This document shows positions 47,125-56,870 of a DNA stretch of 64,000 bases, piece by piece (the first letter of the stretch is position 1; every line of letters begins with the position of its first letter). The DNA lies in NCBI GenBank assembly GCA_002697535.1, contig NZWE01000008.1:5796-69795 (forward strand). Direction: 5' to 3'. Position numbers and translations under genes: made by a program. Source of the DNA: Actinomycetota bacterium. Its GTDB lineage: Bacteria; Margulisbacteria; Marinamargulisbacteria; GCA-2716485; GCA-002719695. A model generated the notes under the pieces. That model saw only the letters and a program-made list of their open reading frames with translations, had not been told where the DNA came from and did no database searches.

Positions 47125-47928
47125 TTATTTTCCTATATCACTCGCTGCCTTTAACATTGCATCTGCTGATTTAATGGTCGAGTTTACTAACTCAAATGTT
47201 CGCTGACATAACAACATATTCATCATTTCTTCAATGATATTAACATTTGAAAACTCTAATGCTCTTTGCTTTACCATCCCAACACCATTTTCACCAGGAA
47301 TTGTTAACTCTGGATCGCCTGATGCAGCTGTTGCTCTAAATAAATTTTGACCAACGTCTTTTAATCCTCCTGCATTTGGAAAATTCACTAAATAAACCTG
47401 ACCTATTTCTGTTGGCTGGACAGTATTTGCTGTTTGAGCAAACACCTCACCTGCTTCATTAATAATAATTTCAGTCGTATTAGCTGGTATTGTAATAGCT
47501 GGATCAAGTGGATGCCCATTTGGATTTAATACATTACCTTCTGCATCTGCATGCAGGTTTCCAGCCCTACTAAACCCATAGGTTCCATCTGGCATTAAAA
47601 ATTGTAAAAATCCTTTTCCTTCTATAGCAACATCCAGTTGTTGATTTGTCATTTCAATTGATCCGGTTGTAAAGTCTTTTGTTACATCAACAATACGTAT
47701 TCCTTGACCATACTCTAAGTATTTCTTACGTTTTCGTCCTGCACCCGGTGATACCTCATCAAACTCTGAATAGGCTCTTTCTAATACTAATGGAAATAAA
47801 CTCTCCATTTCCATACGCTTCTTTTTATATCCAACCGTTTGCGCATTCGCAATATTGTTTGCAATAACCTGCATTTTTCTTTCATAAGAAAAATATGCTG
47901 ATTTTGCCATAAATAACTGTGATAACAT
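47125..47928 (-). CDS. flgG: flagellar distal rod protein FlgG
   Basis: N-terminus MQVIANNIANAQTVGYKK and C-terminus LEFSNVNIIEEMMNMLLCQRTFELVNSTIKSAD. The N-terminus is canonical, with no hydrophobic extension. Confidence 0.9.
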   Translation of the reverse strand: MLSQLFMAKSAYFSYERKMQVIANNIANAQTVGYKKKRMEMESLFPLVLERAYSEFDEVSPGAGRKRKKYLEYGQGIRIVDVTKDFTTGSIEMTNQQLDVAIEGKGFLQFLMPDGTYGFSRAGNLHADAEGNVLNPNGHPLDPAITIPANTTEIIINEAGEVFAQTANTVQPTEIGQVYLVNFPNAGGLKDVGQNLFRATAASGDPELTIPGENGVGMVKQRALEFSNVNIIEEMMNMLLCQRTFELVNSTIKSADAMLKAASDIGK

Positions 47929-47951
47929 GTTGCTTTCCTCCTTTTATGTTT

Positions 47952-48773
47952 TTATGGACTCGATAATGTTGCCGCTGTATTTAACGCTCTATTCATTAAA
48001 TGAGCTGTTTTAACACTGGCATCATATGCATTTTTTGCCATTAATATATCCCCAGTAATCCCCTTTAAGACATTATTTTGCTCTAAAGCTCCCTGAACAA
48101 CCGCATAATGCTCTGGGCCTTCTTCTACGGGAACATCTTTTGTCAAAATAAAATAAGATCCATTTAATGATTCAAAGGACTGCATTGCCGCAAATGTTTT
48201 GAATACTACAATTTTCATACTTGAAACAGGCTGTCCATCAACATAAATAAGCCCTGATCGTGATACTAATATATCTTCACCTTCCGGCAAAATTATTTCA
48301 CCTTCTTCTCCTAATACTGGATAATTACCTGATAATGTTACCAATCTTCTCTTTGAATCTAATAAAAAACGGCCATCTCTTGTAAATGCAATCGTACCTG
48401 GTAACTGCACCACAAAAAAACCTCTACTATTAGCATCAATATAAAAATCTAGCTCTTTATTGGTTTCAATCATCGGACCAGCTCTCCATCTAAAAAAAGG
48501 CAAATAATCTAAATCATAGCCGTCTTCTGTCTTTTTTCTAGAATTATAAACACCTGTCTCAATAAATCCTGGCGTTCCAACATTTATCGTATAAAACATA
48601 AAGTTTGTATAATGCACCTGAAACATTCTCATAGCTTCCAATGTTGTTGACACTCCTTCATCTTGCACCTCACCAAAATTGGTATATCCATATAATGATG
48701 ATGTAACACTTAAAATCATTAGTAATATACCCATCGTGACATTTCTATAAACATTAAGTTGTTTTTTTATCAT
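47952..48773 (-). CDS. flgF: flagellar rod protein, FlgF-like (with a hydrophobic N-terminal extension)
   Basis: Rod motif TINVGTPGF and C-terminus VVQGALEQNNV ... AKNAYDASVKTAHLMN. Upstream of flgG. Confidence 0.7.
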   Translation of the reverse strand: MIKKQLNVYRNVTMGILLMILSVTSSLYGYTNFGEVQDEGVSTTLEAMRMFQVHYTNFMFYTINVGTPGFIETGVYNSRKKTEDGYDLDYLPFFRWRAGPMIETNKELDFYIDANSRGFFVVQLPGTIAFTRDGRFLLDSKRRLVTLSGNYPVLGEEGEIILPEGEDILVSRSGLIYVDGQPVSSMKIVVFKTFAAMQSFESLNGSYFILTKDVPVEEGPEHYAVVQGALEQNNVLKGITGDILMAKNAYDASVKTAHLMNRALNTAATLSSP

Positions 48774-49135
48774 TTTCTCTTCTTTCTTTTTAATTTTTTC
48801 TTTTTTGCCAGTCTATCTAATCGATACACAAACGATAATACTTCTGCCACCATATTATATAAATTAGGCGGTATTTCAGAATTTATAGCTAACTTTGATA
48901 ACAACTCCACTAAAGAAGAATCTTCATAAAATGGAACCTTATTATCTTCGGCAACCTTAAGTATCTTTTCCGCAATTTGACCTTTTCCAAACCCTGTAAT
49001 TTTTGGTGCCTTACTATTTTTCGAATCATACTTTAAAGCAATAGCTTTTAAATTATGCTTATTTTTAACATCAAGTTGATGTATATTTCGTTTTAATTTT
49101 ATATTTTTTGGCTTATCACTTTTTTTTGCATTCAT
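48770..49135 (-). CDS. stand-alone FlhB C-terminal-domain protein (YlqH / EscU-YscU-HrcU family fragment)
   Basis: AIALKYDSKNSKAPKITGFGKGQIAEKILKVAEDNKVPFYEDSSLVELL ... VAEVLSFVYRL aligns to the part of FlhB_C after the NPTH cleavage site. No TM domain. Confidence 0.75.
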   Translation of the reverse strand: MNAKKSDKPKNIKLKRNIHQLDVKNKHNLKAIALKYDSKNSKAPKITGFGKGQIAEKILKVAEDNKVPFYEDSSLVELLSKLAINSEIPPNLYNMVAEVLSFVYRLDRLAKKKKLKRKKRK

Positions 49136-49138
49136 AGT

Positions 49139-50326
49139 TTATACTTCCGTACTAATTCGTTTCATATTATTTAAATTAAATGTTGGTAATAATAACTTTT
49201 CGATATTGATGATCTTTTTTAATGATTGCACTTGAGTTACTTCATAATTTAATTCTTCCATAGATTTTTTTAGTTCAGGAACTTCATCTAAAACAAATTT
49301 TTGAGTCAATTCATTACTGCTATAAATCTTATATGCCATTTTTTTATCATTAATTTCAATAATGATCGTTAAGTCCCCTAAATCTGATGTTTCACACTTA
49401 ATCACAATTGTTGTGTTATTAGGATTTACTTTTCTCTTATTCTTAGGATCCTTACTTACCATAACCTCAATATCTTTCAATGCTTTTGCCATAGGATTTG
49501 GAATCATCCAATAATGAAAAAACTCCTCCGAAATTTGTTGATTTGAAGGACTTTTAGATAAAATTAATTGTGTCAATAAAACATCATGAAAGGCTGACGA
49601 ATCTTTTTCAACACTTTTAATTATTTTTTTTAAATTATCGGCTATTAAGTTATTAGATGATGATAACTTTTTATTAATCCCTTTTAAAAAATCTTGTAAA
49701 TATCTTAAATCTTGCACTAAGTCAGATTGCTTGTTGATCAACCCCTTAATATCTAAATTATCAGCATGCTTTTTCATGGTCTTTGTATCTTCTAAAAAGT
49801 CATCTAAAAACCCCGCAACCCCAGCGATCAATGACGGATCTAAAAATGCGCTAAAACCAGGCAATCCATTTTTTAATCCCTGCAACCCCTGAGACAATCT
49901 TGATAAACTTCCTGATAACTGAACATTATGCGATAAAAACTTTGAAATCAAATCCACAGCCTTAGCATTACCATCAAGTCCTTTTGAATAAGCAACGACA
50001 CTTGCCTCCAACTTGTTCCCCTTCTTACTCCCCTTAACCGCCTGCTCTATTAAATCAAAGGCTTCTGGAGATGCTTCGACTCCATACAATAACATAGTTG
50101 TTAAAATCTGCTTATTTTCAGGTGTAACCGCTTTTTGCAAATTTAATAAGGCCTGACTAATATCTTGTGAATTTAATATACGAACATACTCTGGTGTTTT
50201 TTGTAACGGCTGATCAGCACTCTTAATATTTGATTGATCACTATTTATATCCTGAATACTTTTAGGTAACGATTTTGAGTCGGTTGTCTGCTGAGGCTTA
50301 TTAACATCTCCACGTATATTTTGCAT
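49139..50326 (-). CDS. FliK-like hook-length-control-type protein (tentative)
   Basis: The C-terminal block IKCETSDLGDLTIIIEINDKKMAYKIYSSNELTQKFV...LKKSMEELNYEV resembles the Flg_hook domain (LxPxxLGxVxVxL...). Pairing with a FlhB_C-only gene is common in other genomes. Confidence 0.45.
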   Translation of the reverse strand: MQNIRGDVNKPQQTTDSKSLPKSIQDINSDQSNIKSADQPLQKTPEYVRILNSQDISQALLNLQKAVTPENKQILTTMLLYGVEASPEAFDLIEQAVKGSKKGNKLEASVVAYSKGLDGNAKAVDLISKFLSHNVQLSGSLSRLSQGLQGLKNGLPGFSAFLDPSLIAGVAGFLDDFLEDTKTMKKHADNLDIKGLINKQSDLVQDLRYLQDFLKGINKKLSSSNNLIADNLKKIIKSVEKDSSAFHDVLLTQLILSKSPSNQQISEEFFHYWMIPNPMAKALKDIEVMVSKDPKNKRKVNPNNTTIVIKCETSDLGDLTIIIEINDKKMAYKIYSSNELTQKFVLDEVPELKKSMEELNYEVTQVQSLKKIINIEKLLLPTFNLNNMKRISTEV

Positions 50327-50441
50327 CCAGCTCCCTTTTCTTAACTCAATAAAGCTTGCAAAATTATATCAAAAAGTTTCTTAAATTTGAATAGATAGCT
50401 CTTTTGAATTACTTTTTTAAAAGGTGGTAATTTTCATTAAA

Positions 50442-51293
50442 TTAAATAAAAACTTTGCTTTTTTTAAATATTTCCACTACCTTTTCTTGAATAATCAATG
50501 TTTGATCTTGAGACCGTAATGTTAATTCAAACCCACAGGATTCTACCAAAATAATGCCACGTAATGAATTTGTTAGAAACATTTCATCAAATTCTTCCAT
50601 CTCGGTTACCAATACCTCTCTTACATCACAATCATACCCAAACTCATTAGCATTCTTAATCACTAAATCCCTAACCGTGCCTTTTAAAATCACATTAGAA
50701 TCTGGCACAATTAATGTTTTTCCTTTGATAAAAATAATATTAGATCGCGATGTTTCAAGCAAAACTTGGTCTTCATCATATAACACCACATCATCAAAAT
50801 CGTTGCTTAATCGATTTTCTAGCATATTCTTCATCCAAGATAAGGATTTAAATTGATCTAATTGTATTTTTTGAAAGGATTGCTGCCTTAAATCTAATCG
50901 TAATCGCTGATCCAGTTTATATCCTGGCCATTTTCTTAATACACATAAAAAAAATGGCTGCGTAACAATACTTTTAGTAGGATCTTCTGTTCTATTACCT
51001 GGTGTTAAATAGATATTTAAAATACCTTCATCGCTATCATTTTTTTGAATTAATTCTTGAATTGTATTCGTAATCTCCTCATCTGAATAGTCTAAGGGAA
51101 TATCCAGTATAATAGCTCCCGATCGTATCCGATTAATATGCTCTTGCAATAAGATTGGACTTTTATTTTCTACACGTATTGTCTCAAACAATCCATATCC
51201 ATACAAAAATCCATAATCCATGAACGGAAACTCAAGATCTTGTTTTTGTTTAATTGCTAAATTTTCGGAAATATAATTAAAAATGCTGTCCAT
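50442..51293 (-). CDS. pabC: aminodeoxychorismate lyase / class IV aminotransferase
   Basis: Class IV fold signature (GYGLFETIR). Located immediately downstream of pabB. Confidence 0.7.
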   Translation of the reverse strand: MDSIFNYISENLAIKQKQDLEFPFMDYGFLYGYGLFETIRVENKSPILLQEHINRIRSGAIILDIPLDYSDEEITNTIQELIQKNDSDEGILNIYLTPGNRTEDPTKSIVTQPFFLCVLRKWPGYKLDQRLRLDLRQQSFQKIQLDQFKSLSWMKNMLENRLSNDFDDVVLYDEDQVLLETSRSNIIFIKGKTLIVPDSNVILKGTVRDLVIKNANEFGYDCDVREVLVTEMEEFDEMFLTNSLRGIILVESCGFELTLRSQDQTLIIQEKVVEIFKKSKVFI

Positions 51294-51320
51294 ATAATTA
51301 TAAGTGTAATCAATAACCCC

Positions 51321-52679
51321 TTACTTCGACAAGTACCGCCTTCCCTCTGACTGCATCAAACTTTCCAACATACCTTTCGCTTTTATCTTACATTCATGCC
51401 ACTCAACAGCTACATCTGAATCAGCAACAATCCCTCCCCCCGTATGAAAAAACAAAGTATTTTTCTTGGAATACAAGGTTCGTATGGCAATATTAAACGT
51501 CATATTTCCATTTCCAGATATATATCCTATACATCCCGTATATGGCCCTCTCTCACTTAATTCACATTCTTGAATAATTTCCATAGCTCTTTTCTTTGGT
51601 GCGCCTGTAATAGACCCACCTGGGAATAAGGCTTTCATAATCGTAGAAAAACTAACGTTTTCTTTCAAACACCCCTCTATTGTTGCTACCCCATGATGCA
51701 CATATTGATAGGATTCAATATCTCGTAACTGCTTTACTTTAACCGTATCTGTTTGACAAATTTTATTTAAATCATTTCTTTCTAAATCAACTATCATTAA
51801 CAACTCAGCTTTATCTTTAGCAGATTGACTCAATACTTTTTTTTGATACTGATCCTCTTCCTGATTATTGCCTCGCTTAATTGTTCCTTTTATAGGTTTT
51901 GTTACAATATCATCGCCTACCTTGGTAAAAAACAATTCTGGAGAAGAACTTAATACACTGTAATCGTCATAGTTTATATAGGCACTATAGGGAGCGGGTG
52001 AAACTTTTCTTAATGTTTGATAAACCATACTTAAATCTCCCTCAAATTCTACCGAATAAGGCATGGATAGATTTACTTGATATACATCTCCCTGCCTAAT
52101 ATAGGCTAATACTTGTTTAATTGCTTTTTTATATACATCATTATCTGGCTCGATGACAGCTGACTTGATCTCAAACTCTTTTTCTTCATACTGCAACGTA
52201 TCTAATATTGACTGAAATGTTACATGATCACGGCCATATAATTTACTAGATATAAAGTATGCCTGTTTAACTTGATGATCAATGATAATATAACGATCAT
52301 AAATCCCTCCCAATACTTCTGGATACCACCCTCTGTTTAACCACTTAAAATCATCTAAATATCTAGCGGATTCATATGTAAACATCCCAATAAAACCCGA
52401 TGAAAACCCTTGCTTATCACACGCTTCATCTTCAACAACATACGACTGAATAACATCATAAATATTCTTATGATCATGACATACTGTCTTTTCTTTTGAT
52501 TTTACTACAACCTGACTTTCGTCACTTAAAAAAATATACCTAGGATCTACCCCTATGACTGACTGCTCCAATTCTCCTTCTTGGACACTATTACAATCTA
52601 AAAAGGCTGTCTCTTTTTTTCTCAACAAAGCATTTAATAAGGCCTCTGTTACCGTTATTGGCTCTGATACAAACATCAC
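51321..52679 (-). CDS. pabB: aminodeoxychorismate synthase component I (chorismate-binding enzyme)
   Basis: SPELFF, DRNDL-type block ERNDLNK, PGGSITGAPKKRAMEII and RGPYTGCIGY. Confidence 0.8.
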   Translation of the reverse strand: MMFVSEPITVTEALLNALLRKKETAFLDCNSVQEGELEQSVIGVDPRYIFLSDESQVVVKSKEKTVCHDHKNIYDVIQSYVVEDEACDKQGFSSGFIGMFTYESARYLDDFKWLNRGWYPEVLGGIYDRYIIIDHQVKQAYFISSKLYGRDHVTFQSILDTLQYEEKEFEIKSAVIEPDNDVYKKAIKQVLAYIRQGDVYQVNLSMPYSVEFEGDLSMVYQTLRKVSPAPYSAYINYDDYSVLSSSPELFFTKVGDDIVTKPIKGTIKRGNNQEEDQYQKKVLSQSAKDKAELLMIVDLERNDLNKICQTDTVKVKQLRDIESYQYVHHGVATIEGCLKENVSFSTIMKALFPGGSITGAPKKRAMEIIQECELSERGPYTGCIGYISGNGNMTFNIAIRTLYSKKNTLFFHTGGGIVADSDVAVEWHECKIKAKGMLESLMQSEGRRYLSK

Positions 52680-52682
52680 TAA

Positions 52683-54476
52683 CTAGTCACTTGCTTTTAA
52701 TACGCTCAAAAAAGCCTCTTTTGGGATCTGAACACTACCAATTTGTTTCATTTTTTTCTTACCAGCTTTTTGCTTTTCTAATAATTTTCTCTTTCTTGAA
52801 ATATCGCCCCCATAACATTTTGCTGTTACATTTTTTCGCATCGCTTTAATTGTTTCTCGTGAAATCACTTTTGCACCGATTGATCCCTGTACCGCCACTT
52901 CAAACATTTGTCTGGGAATAATATCTTTTAATTTTATCGCTAAATTACGTGCTAAAGGACTTGCCTTTTTTCGATGCGCAATAAAGGATAAGGCATCGAC
53001 AATATCACCATTAATCAACATATCTACTTTTACCAAATCAGCTGGTTTATGATCCTTATACCAATAGTCCATACTGGCATATCCTTTGGTTCGTGACTTT
53101 AATTTATCAAAAAATTGCGTTATGAGTTCATTTAAAGGGATTTCAAATGTTAATACCTGTCTATTACTATCAATAATCTCTGAATTTTCAAACTCACCTC
53201 GTGACTCTTTAACCAACTCGATAATAACACTTATGTACTCATTAGGAGCAATGATCGATAATCCCATACAGGGTTCAAAAATAGTATCAATATGCGTTAC
53301 TTCAGGGTATTGATTTGGGTTCTCCATCTCAAATGCGTCACCATTGTTTAACGCAACCTTATAAGTCACATTTGGCGCGGTTACAACAATCTCGATATTA
53401 AATTCTCGCTGAATACGCTCTTGAATTATCTCCATATGCAACAACCCCAAAAATCCACACCGATACCCAAATCCTAAAGCTTGTGATGATTCAGTTTCAA
53501 AGGTCAACGAAGCATCATTTAACTGTAATTTTTCCAACGCTTCACCTAACATCTTATACTCATCGGTATCTACAGGATACAAGCCACAAAATACCATAGG
53601 CTTGGCAATCTGATACCCTTCCAAAGCTTCTTCAATCGGATTATCCTCTTCTGTTATCGTATCTCCAACACGAGCATCTTTGATCGATTTTAAGCCTGTA
53701 ATAATATAACCAACCCCTCCCCTATGAATGGATTCGGCTGGTGTCATATTAGGTTTAAAATAACCACACTCTAAAATATCTACTTTTTTCTTCGATGCCA
53801 TAAGCCGTATCTTTTGTCCTTTTTTAATTGAACCATCAAACACACGCACATAATTAATAACACCACGATAATCATCATAACTAGCATCATAAATTAAGGC
53901 TTTTAATTGATCACTTCCACTCTCTTTCGGTCTTGGAATTTTAGCAATCACAGCCTCTAAAATTTCTTCTATACCCTGCCCTGTTTTGGCACTACATAAC
54001 AAACATTCCTCTTTTGGAATCCCAAATGACTGCTCAATTTCAGCTAAAATACGATCCGGATCTGCTGCTGGCAAGTCAATTTTATTTACTACCGGAATTA
54101 TCTCTAAATCATGTTCTAGTGCTAAATAAAAATTAGCCATACTTTGAGCCTCAATTCCCTGCGCGGCATCAACAAGCAACAACGCCCCTTCGCAGGCAGC
54201 GAGAGATCGCGATACTTCATAACTAAAATCGACATGACCTGGCGTATCAATTAAATTTAAAACATAATCATTACCATCTTTAGCCTGGTAATCCATTCTT
54301 ACCGCTTGCATTTTAATGGTAATTCCACGCTCTCTTTCAATATCCATGGAATCTAATAATTGATCCCTCATATCACGATCTGCCACCGTCTTGGTAGCTT
54401 GAATAAGCCGATCTGATAAGGTGGATTTACCATGATCAATATGTGCAATAATACAAAAGTTTCGATTTTGTTTCAT
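52683..54476 (-). CDS. lepA: translation elongation factor 4
   Basis: RNFCIIAHIDHGKSTLSDRL, DTPGHVDF, NKIDL and the LepA-specific C-terminal domain. Conserved over the full length. Confidence 0.97.
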   Translation of the reverse strand: MKQNRNFCIIAHIDHGKSTLSDRLIQATKTVADRDMRDQLLDSMDIERERGITIKMQAVRMDYQAKDGNDYVLNLIDTPGHVDFSYEVSRSLAACEGALLLVDAAQGIEAQSMANFYLALEHDLEIIPVVNKIDLPAADPDRILAEIEQSFGIPKEECLLCSAKTGQGIEEILEAVIAKIPRPKESGSDQLKALIYDASYDDYRGVINYVRVFDGSIKKGQKIRLMASKKKVDILECGYFKPNMTPAESIHRGGVGYIITGLKSIKDARVGDTITEEDNPIEEALEGYQIAKPMVFCGLYPVDTDEYKMLGEALEKLQLNDASLTFETESSQALGFGYRCGFLGLLHMEIIQERIQREFNIEIVVTAPNVTYKVALNNGDAFEMENPNQYPEVTHIDTIFEPCMGLSIIAPNEYISVIIELVKESRGEFENSEIIDSNRQVLTFEIPLNELITQFFDKLKSRTKGYASMDYWYKDHKPADLVKVDMLINGDIVDALSFIAHRKKASPLARNLAIKLKDIIPRQMFEVAVQGSIGAKVISRETIKAMRKNVTAKCYGGDISRKRKLLEKQKAGKKKMKQIGSVQIPKEAFLSVLKASD

Positions 54477-54674
54477 TCTGCCTGATAGGATAGCATATTT
54501 GCACTATCTCATCATAGATCTTACTAGAACTAGTATTCTATTTTGATATAGCTTACTCTTAATCAACTTCCATTTATCAATACTTTTCATGCATATGGAT
54601 AAGTACCAATCGATCGGTAAAAACAACTTATTTTGTGACTTAATTTTTGTCTTGATTTTTTAATAATATATAAA

Positions 54675-54703
54675 TTGCAAGTTTATAGTTAAAACGGTAT
54701 TAT
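54675..54703 (+). promoter_or_regulatory. sigma-70-type promoter candidate for hldA
   Basis: TTGCAA (54675-54680), a 17-nt spacer, then TATTAT (54698-54703), 13 nt upstream of the ATG at 54717. Confidence 0.3.
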
Positions 54704-54716
54704 TTTTGGAAATCTT

Positions 54717-55712
54717 ATGAGCCATTCATTATTACCTATCTTAACTCAATTACAATCGTTATCATCGTTACGTATTCTTGTGGTAGGCGATATTATGCTT
54801 GATGAATTTCATTGGTGCCATGTGAATCGAATCTCTCCAGAAGCGCCTGTCCCTGTTTGTAATATCCAAAATACAACACTTGCTCCTGGAGGTGCCGCTA
54901 ATGTAGCTGCGAATTTAGCCTCGTTAAATGTCGCTGTTGATTTAGTTGGCTTCTTGGGATCTGATAGCTCCGGTGATAAGCTTATCAAAACGCTTCATGA
55001 TCATCATATTAATACTGATAATCTCATCAAAACTAATCAACCCACGATCTTAAAATCGAGAGTTATTGCTCATCAACAACATGTTGCACGTATTGATCGT
55101 GATCCCCCTAGTCATTACTCAGATCATGATTCTCAAAGTTTACTCAAACAGATTCAACATTCTATCAAAGACTATGATGCAGTTATTATTTCGGATTATT
55201 TAAAAGGCTTATTAACGCCAGCTATAACACAAGCGATTATTCAATCTGCTAAAGAAGCAGGATGCCTTGTTGTTGTTGATCCAAAAGGTGATTCTTATGA
55301 TAAATATCAAAATAGTGACTACCTTACCCCTAATTATAAAGAATTTTGCCTTGCTACTAAATCATCCTACACCAATGATGATCAGATTAAAGCTGCAGCG
55401 CAGTCTCTTCGTGACCAACTTAAGCTGGATACTTTAATTATTACTCGTAGTGAAAAAGGAATGAGTATTGTTACATCCGATTCATTTGATACAATTCCTA
55501 CTCAAGCTCAAGAAGTTTTCGATATTACGGGTGCTGGGGATACAGCGATTGCTTGCTTGGCCATAGGTTTATGCTTAAATCTTTCGGCACACAATGCAGC
55601 AACATTAGCCAACTATGCAGCTGGGATTGTTGTTAGTAAAGTTGGAACGGCCTTTGTAACCCCTGATGAGCTATGCTCGGTTATTAATCATGACTCAGCT
55701 ACAAAATCCTAA
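54717..55712 (+). CDS. hldA: D-glycero-beta-D-manno-heptose-7-phosphate kinase (RfaE domain I, pfkB family)
   Basis: ILVVGDIMLDEFHWCHVNRISPEAPVPV at the N-terminus and DITGAGDT near the C-terminus. Confidence 0.85.
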   Translation: MSHSLLPILTQLQSLSSLRILVVGDIMLDEFHWCHVNRISPEAPVPVCNIQNTTLAPGGAANVAANLASLNVAVDLVGFLGSDSSGDKLIKTLHDHHINTDNLIKTNQPTILKSRVIAHQQHVARIDRDPPSHYSDHDSQSLLKQIQHSIKDYDAVIISDYLKGLLTPAITQAIIQSAKEAGCLVVVDPKGDSYDKYQNSDYLTPNYKEFCLATKSSYTNDDQIKAAAQSLRDQLKLDTLIITRSEKGMSIVTSDSFDTIPTQAQEVFDITGAGDTAIACLAIGLCLNLSAHNAATLANYAAGIVVSKVGTAFVTPDELCSVINHDSATKS

Positions 55713-56175
55713 ATTAATTAGCTCTAATAAGAGTTTAGATCAGGCTAACTCTATCCGTGCTAACAACAAGTCTATTGTCTTTACTAATGGCTGTTTTGAT
55801 GTTTTACATGCAGGGCATGCTTATTATTTAGCAGCAGCTAAAGCACATGGAGATTATCTATGGATTGGTCTTAATTCAGATTCCTCGGTATCTACGCTAA
55901 AAGGTTCTTCACGCCCTATCCATGATCAAGAAGCAAGAGCCTTTCTTTTATCTAACCTAGAATGTGTTGATTATATTACCATCTTTGATGAAGAAACCCC
56001 GATTTCATTACTGAGTCAAATTCAGCCTAATATTCATATTAAGGGAGGCGATTATACTAAAGAAGAGCTTCCTGAATACCCTGTTGTTAAAGAGTATGGG
56101 GGAGACGTCATTATCAAACCATTTTTACCAGGCTATTCAACAACAGCTATTTTAGCTAAACTACAATCCTCATGA
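55690..56175 (+). CDS. hldC: D-glycero-beta-D-manno-heptose-1-phosphate adenylyltransferase (RfaE domain II)
   Basis: Cytidylyltransferase motif FTNGCFDVLHAGH. Start set at the ATG at 55690, overlapping the hldA 3' end. Confidence 0.85.
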   Translation: MTQLQNPKLISSNKSLDQANSIRANNKSIVFTNGCFDVLHAGHAYYLAAAKAHGDYLWIGLNSDSSVSTLKGSSRPIHDQEARAFLLSNLECVDYITIFDEETPISLLSQIQPNIHIKGGDYTKEELPEYPVVKEYGGDVIIKPFLPGYSTTAILAKLQSS

Positions 56176-56870
56176 GTATTCAGATTATTACGAAACGAGT
56201 TAGTCACTTTGAGCAAAATGCTCGTCTTATCATTGATACAAACACAAACCAGTCGATGCTAGTTGATCCAGGGGCTGATGCAGAGATATTATTTAATCTT
56301 CTTGGTGATTCAACGCTTACAACAATTTTTTTAACTCATTGCCACATTGACCATGCAGGAGGTGTACAAGCGTTACTTTCTTTAATTGAGCATCATAAGC
56401 TTCCAAAACCAACGTTGTTATATCATTCCAATGAAATTATTATTGGAGAACATATTGACGTATTTGCAACTCAATATGGCTTTTCAGCTGCTGATTATCA
56501 AAACCCTCCTAAACCTGATCAATTAGCCGATGATCTTACAGAACTTACGTTAGGTTCATCAACGTTTAAGATTTTATTTACACCAGGACATGCCCCTGGA
56601 CATTTAGCCCTTTATTATGATCAGGATGATTTTAGTTTATCGGGAGATTATCCAGAAACATTACACTGTAATCGTTTATTAATTGCGGGTGACACCCTTT
56701 TTCAAGGATCAATTGGCCGAACTGATTTACCGATGGCTAATCATGATCAATTAATTGATAGTATTAAAACACAATTATTAACACTGCCTGAAACAACGTT
56801 GGTGTGTCCAGGACATGGTGCTAACACTACGATTGCAACAGAATCTCAGACCAATCCTTTTTTACATTAA
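56172..56870 (+). CDS. MBL-fold metallo-hydrolase (glyoxalase II-like)
   Basis: THCHIDHAGG metal motif, TPGHAPGH, and GDTLFQGSIGRTD. Confidence 0.8.
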   Translation: MSIQIITKRVSHFEQNARLIIDTNTNQSMLVDPGADAEILFNLLGDSTLTTIFLTHCHIDHAGGVQALLSLIEHHKLPKPTLLYHSNEIIIGEHIDVFATQYGFSAADYQNPPKPDQLADDLTELTLGSSTFKILFTPGHAPGHLALYYDQDDFSLSGDYPETLHCNRLLIAGDTLFQGSIGRTDLPMANHDQLIDSIKTQLLTLPETTLVCPGHGANTTIATESQTNPFLH

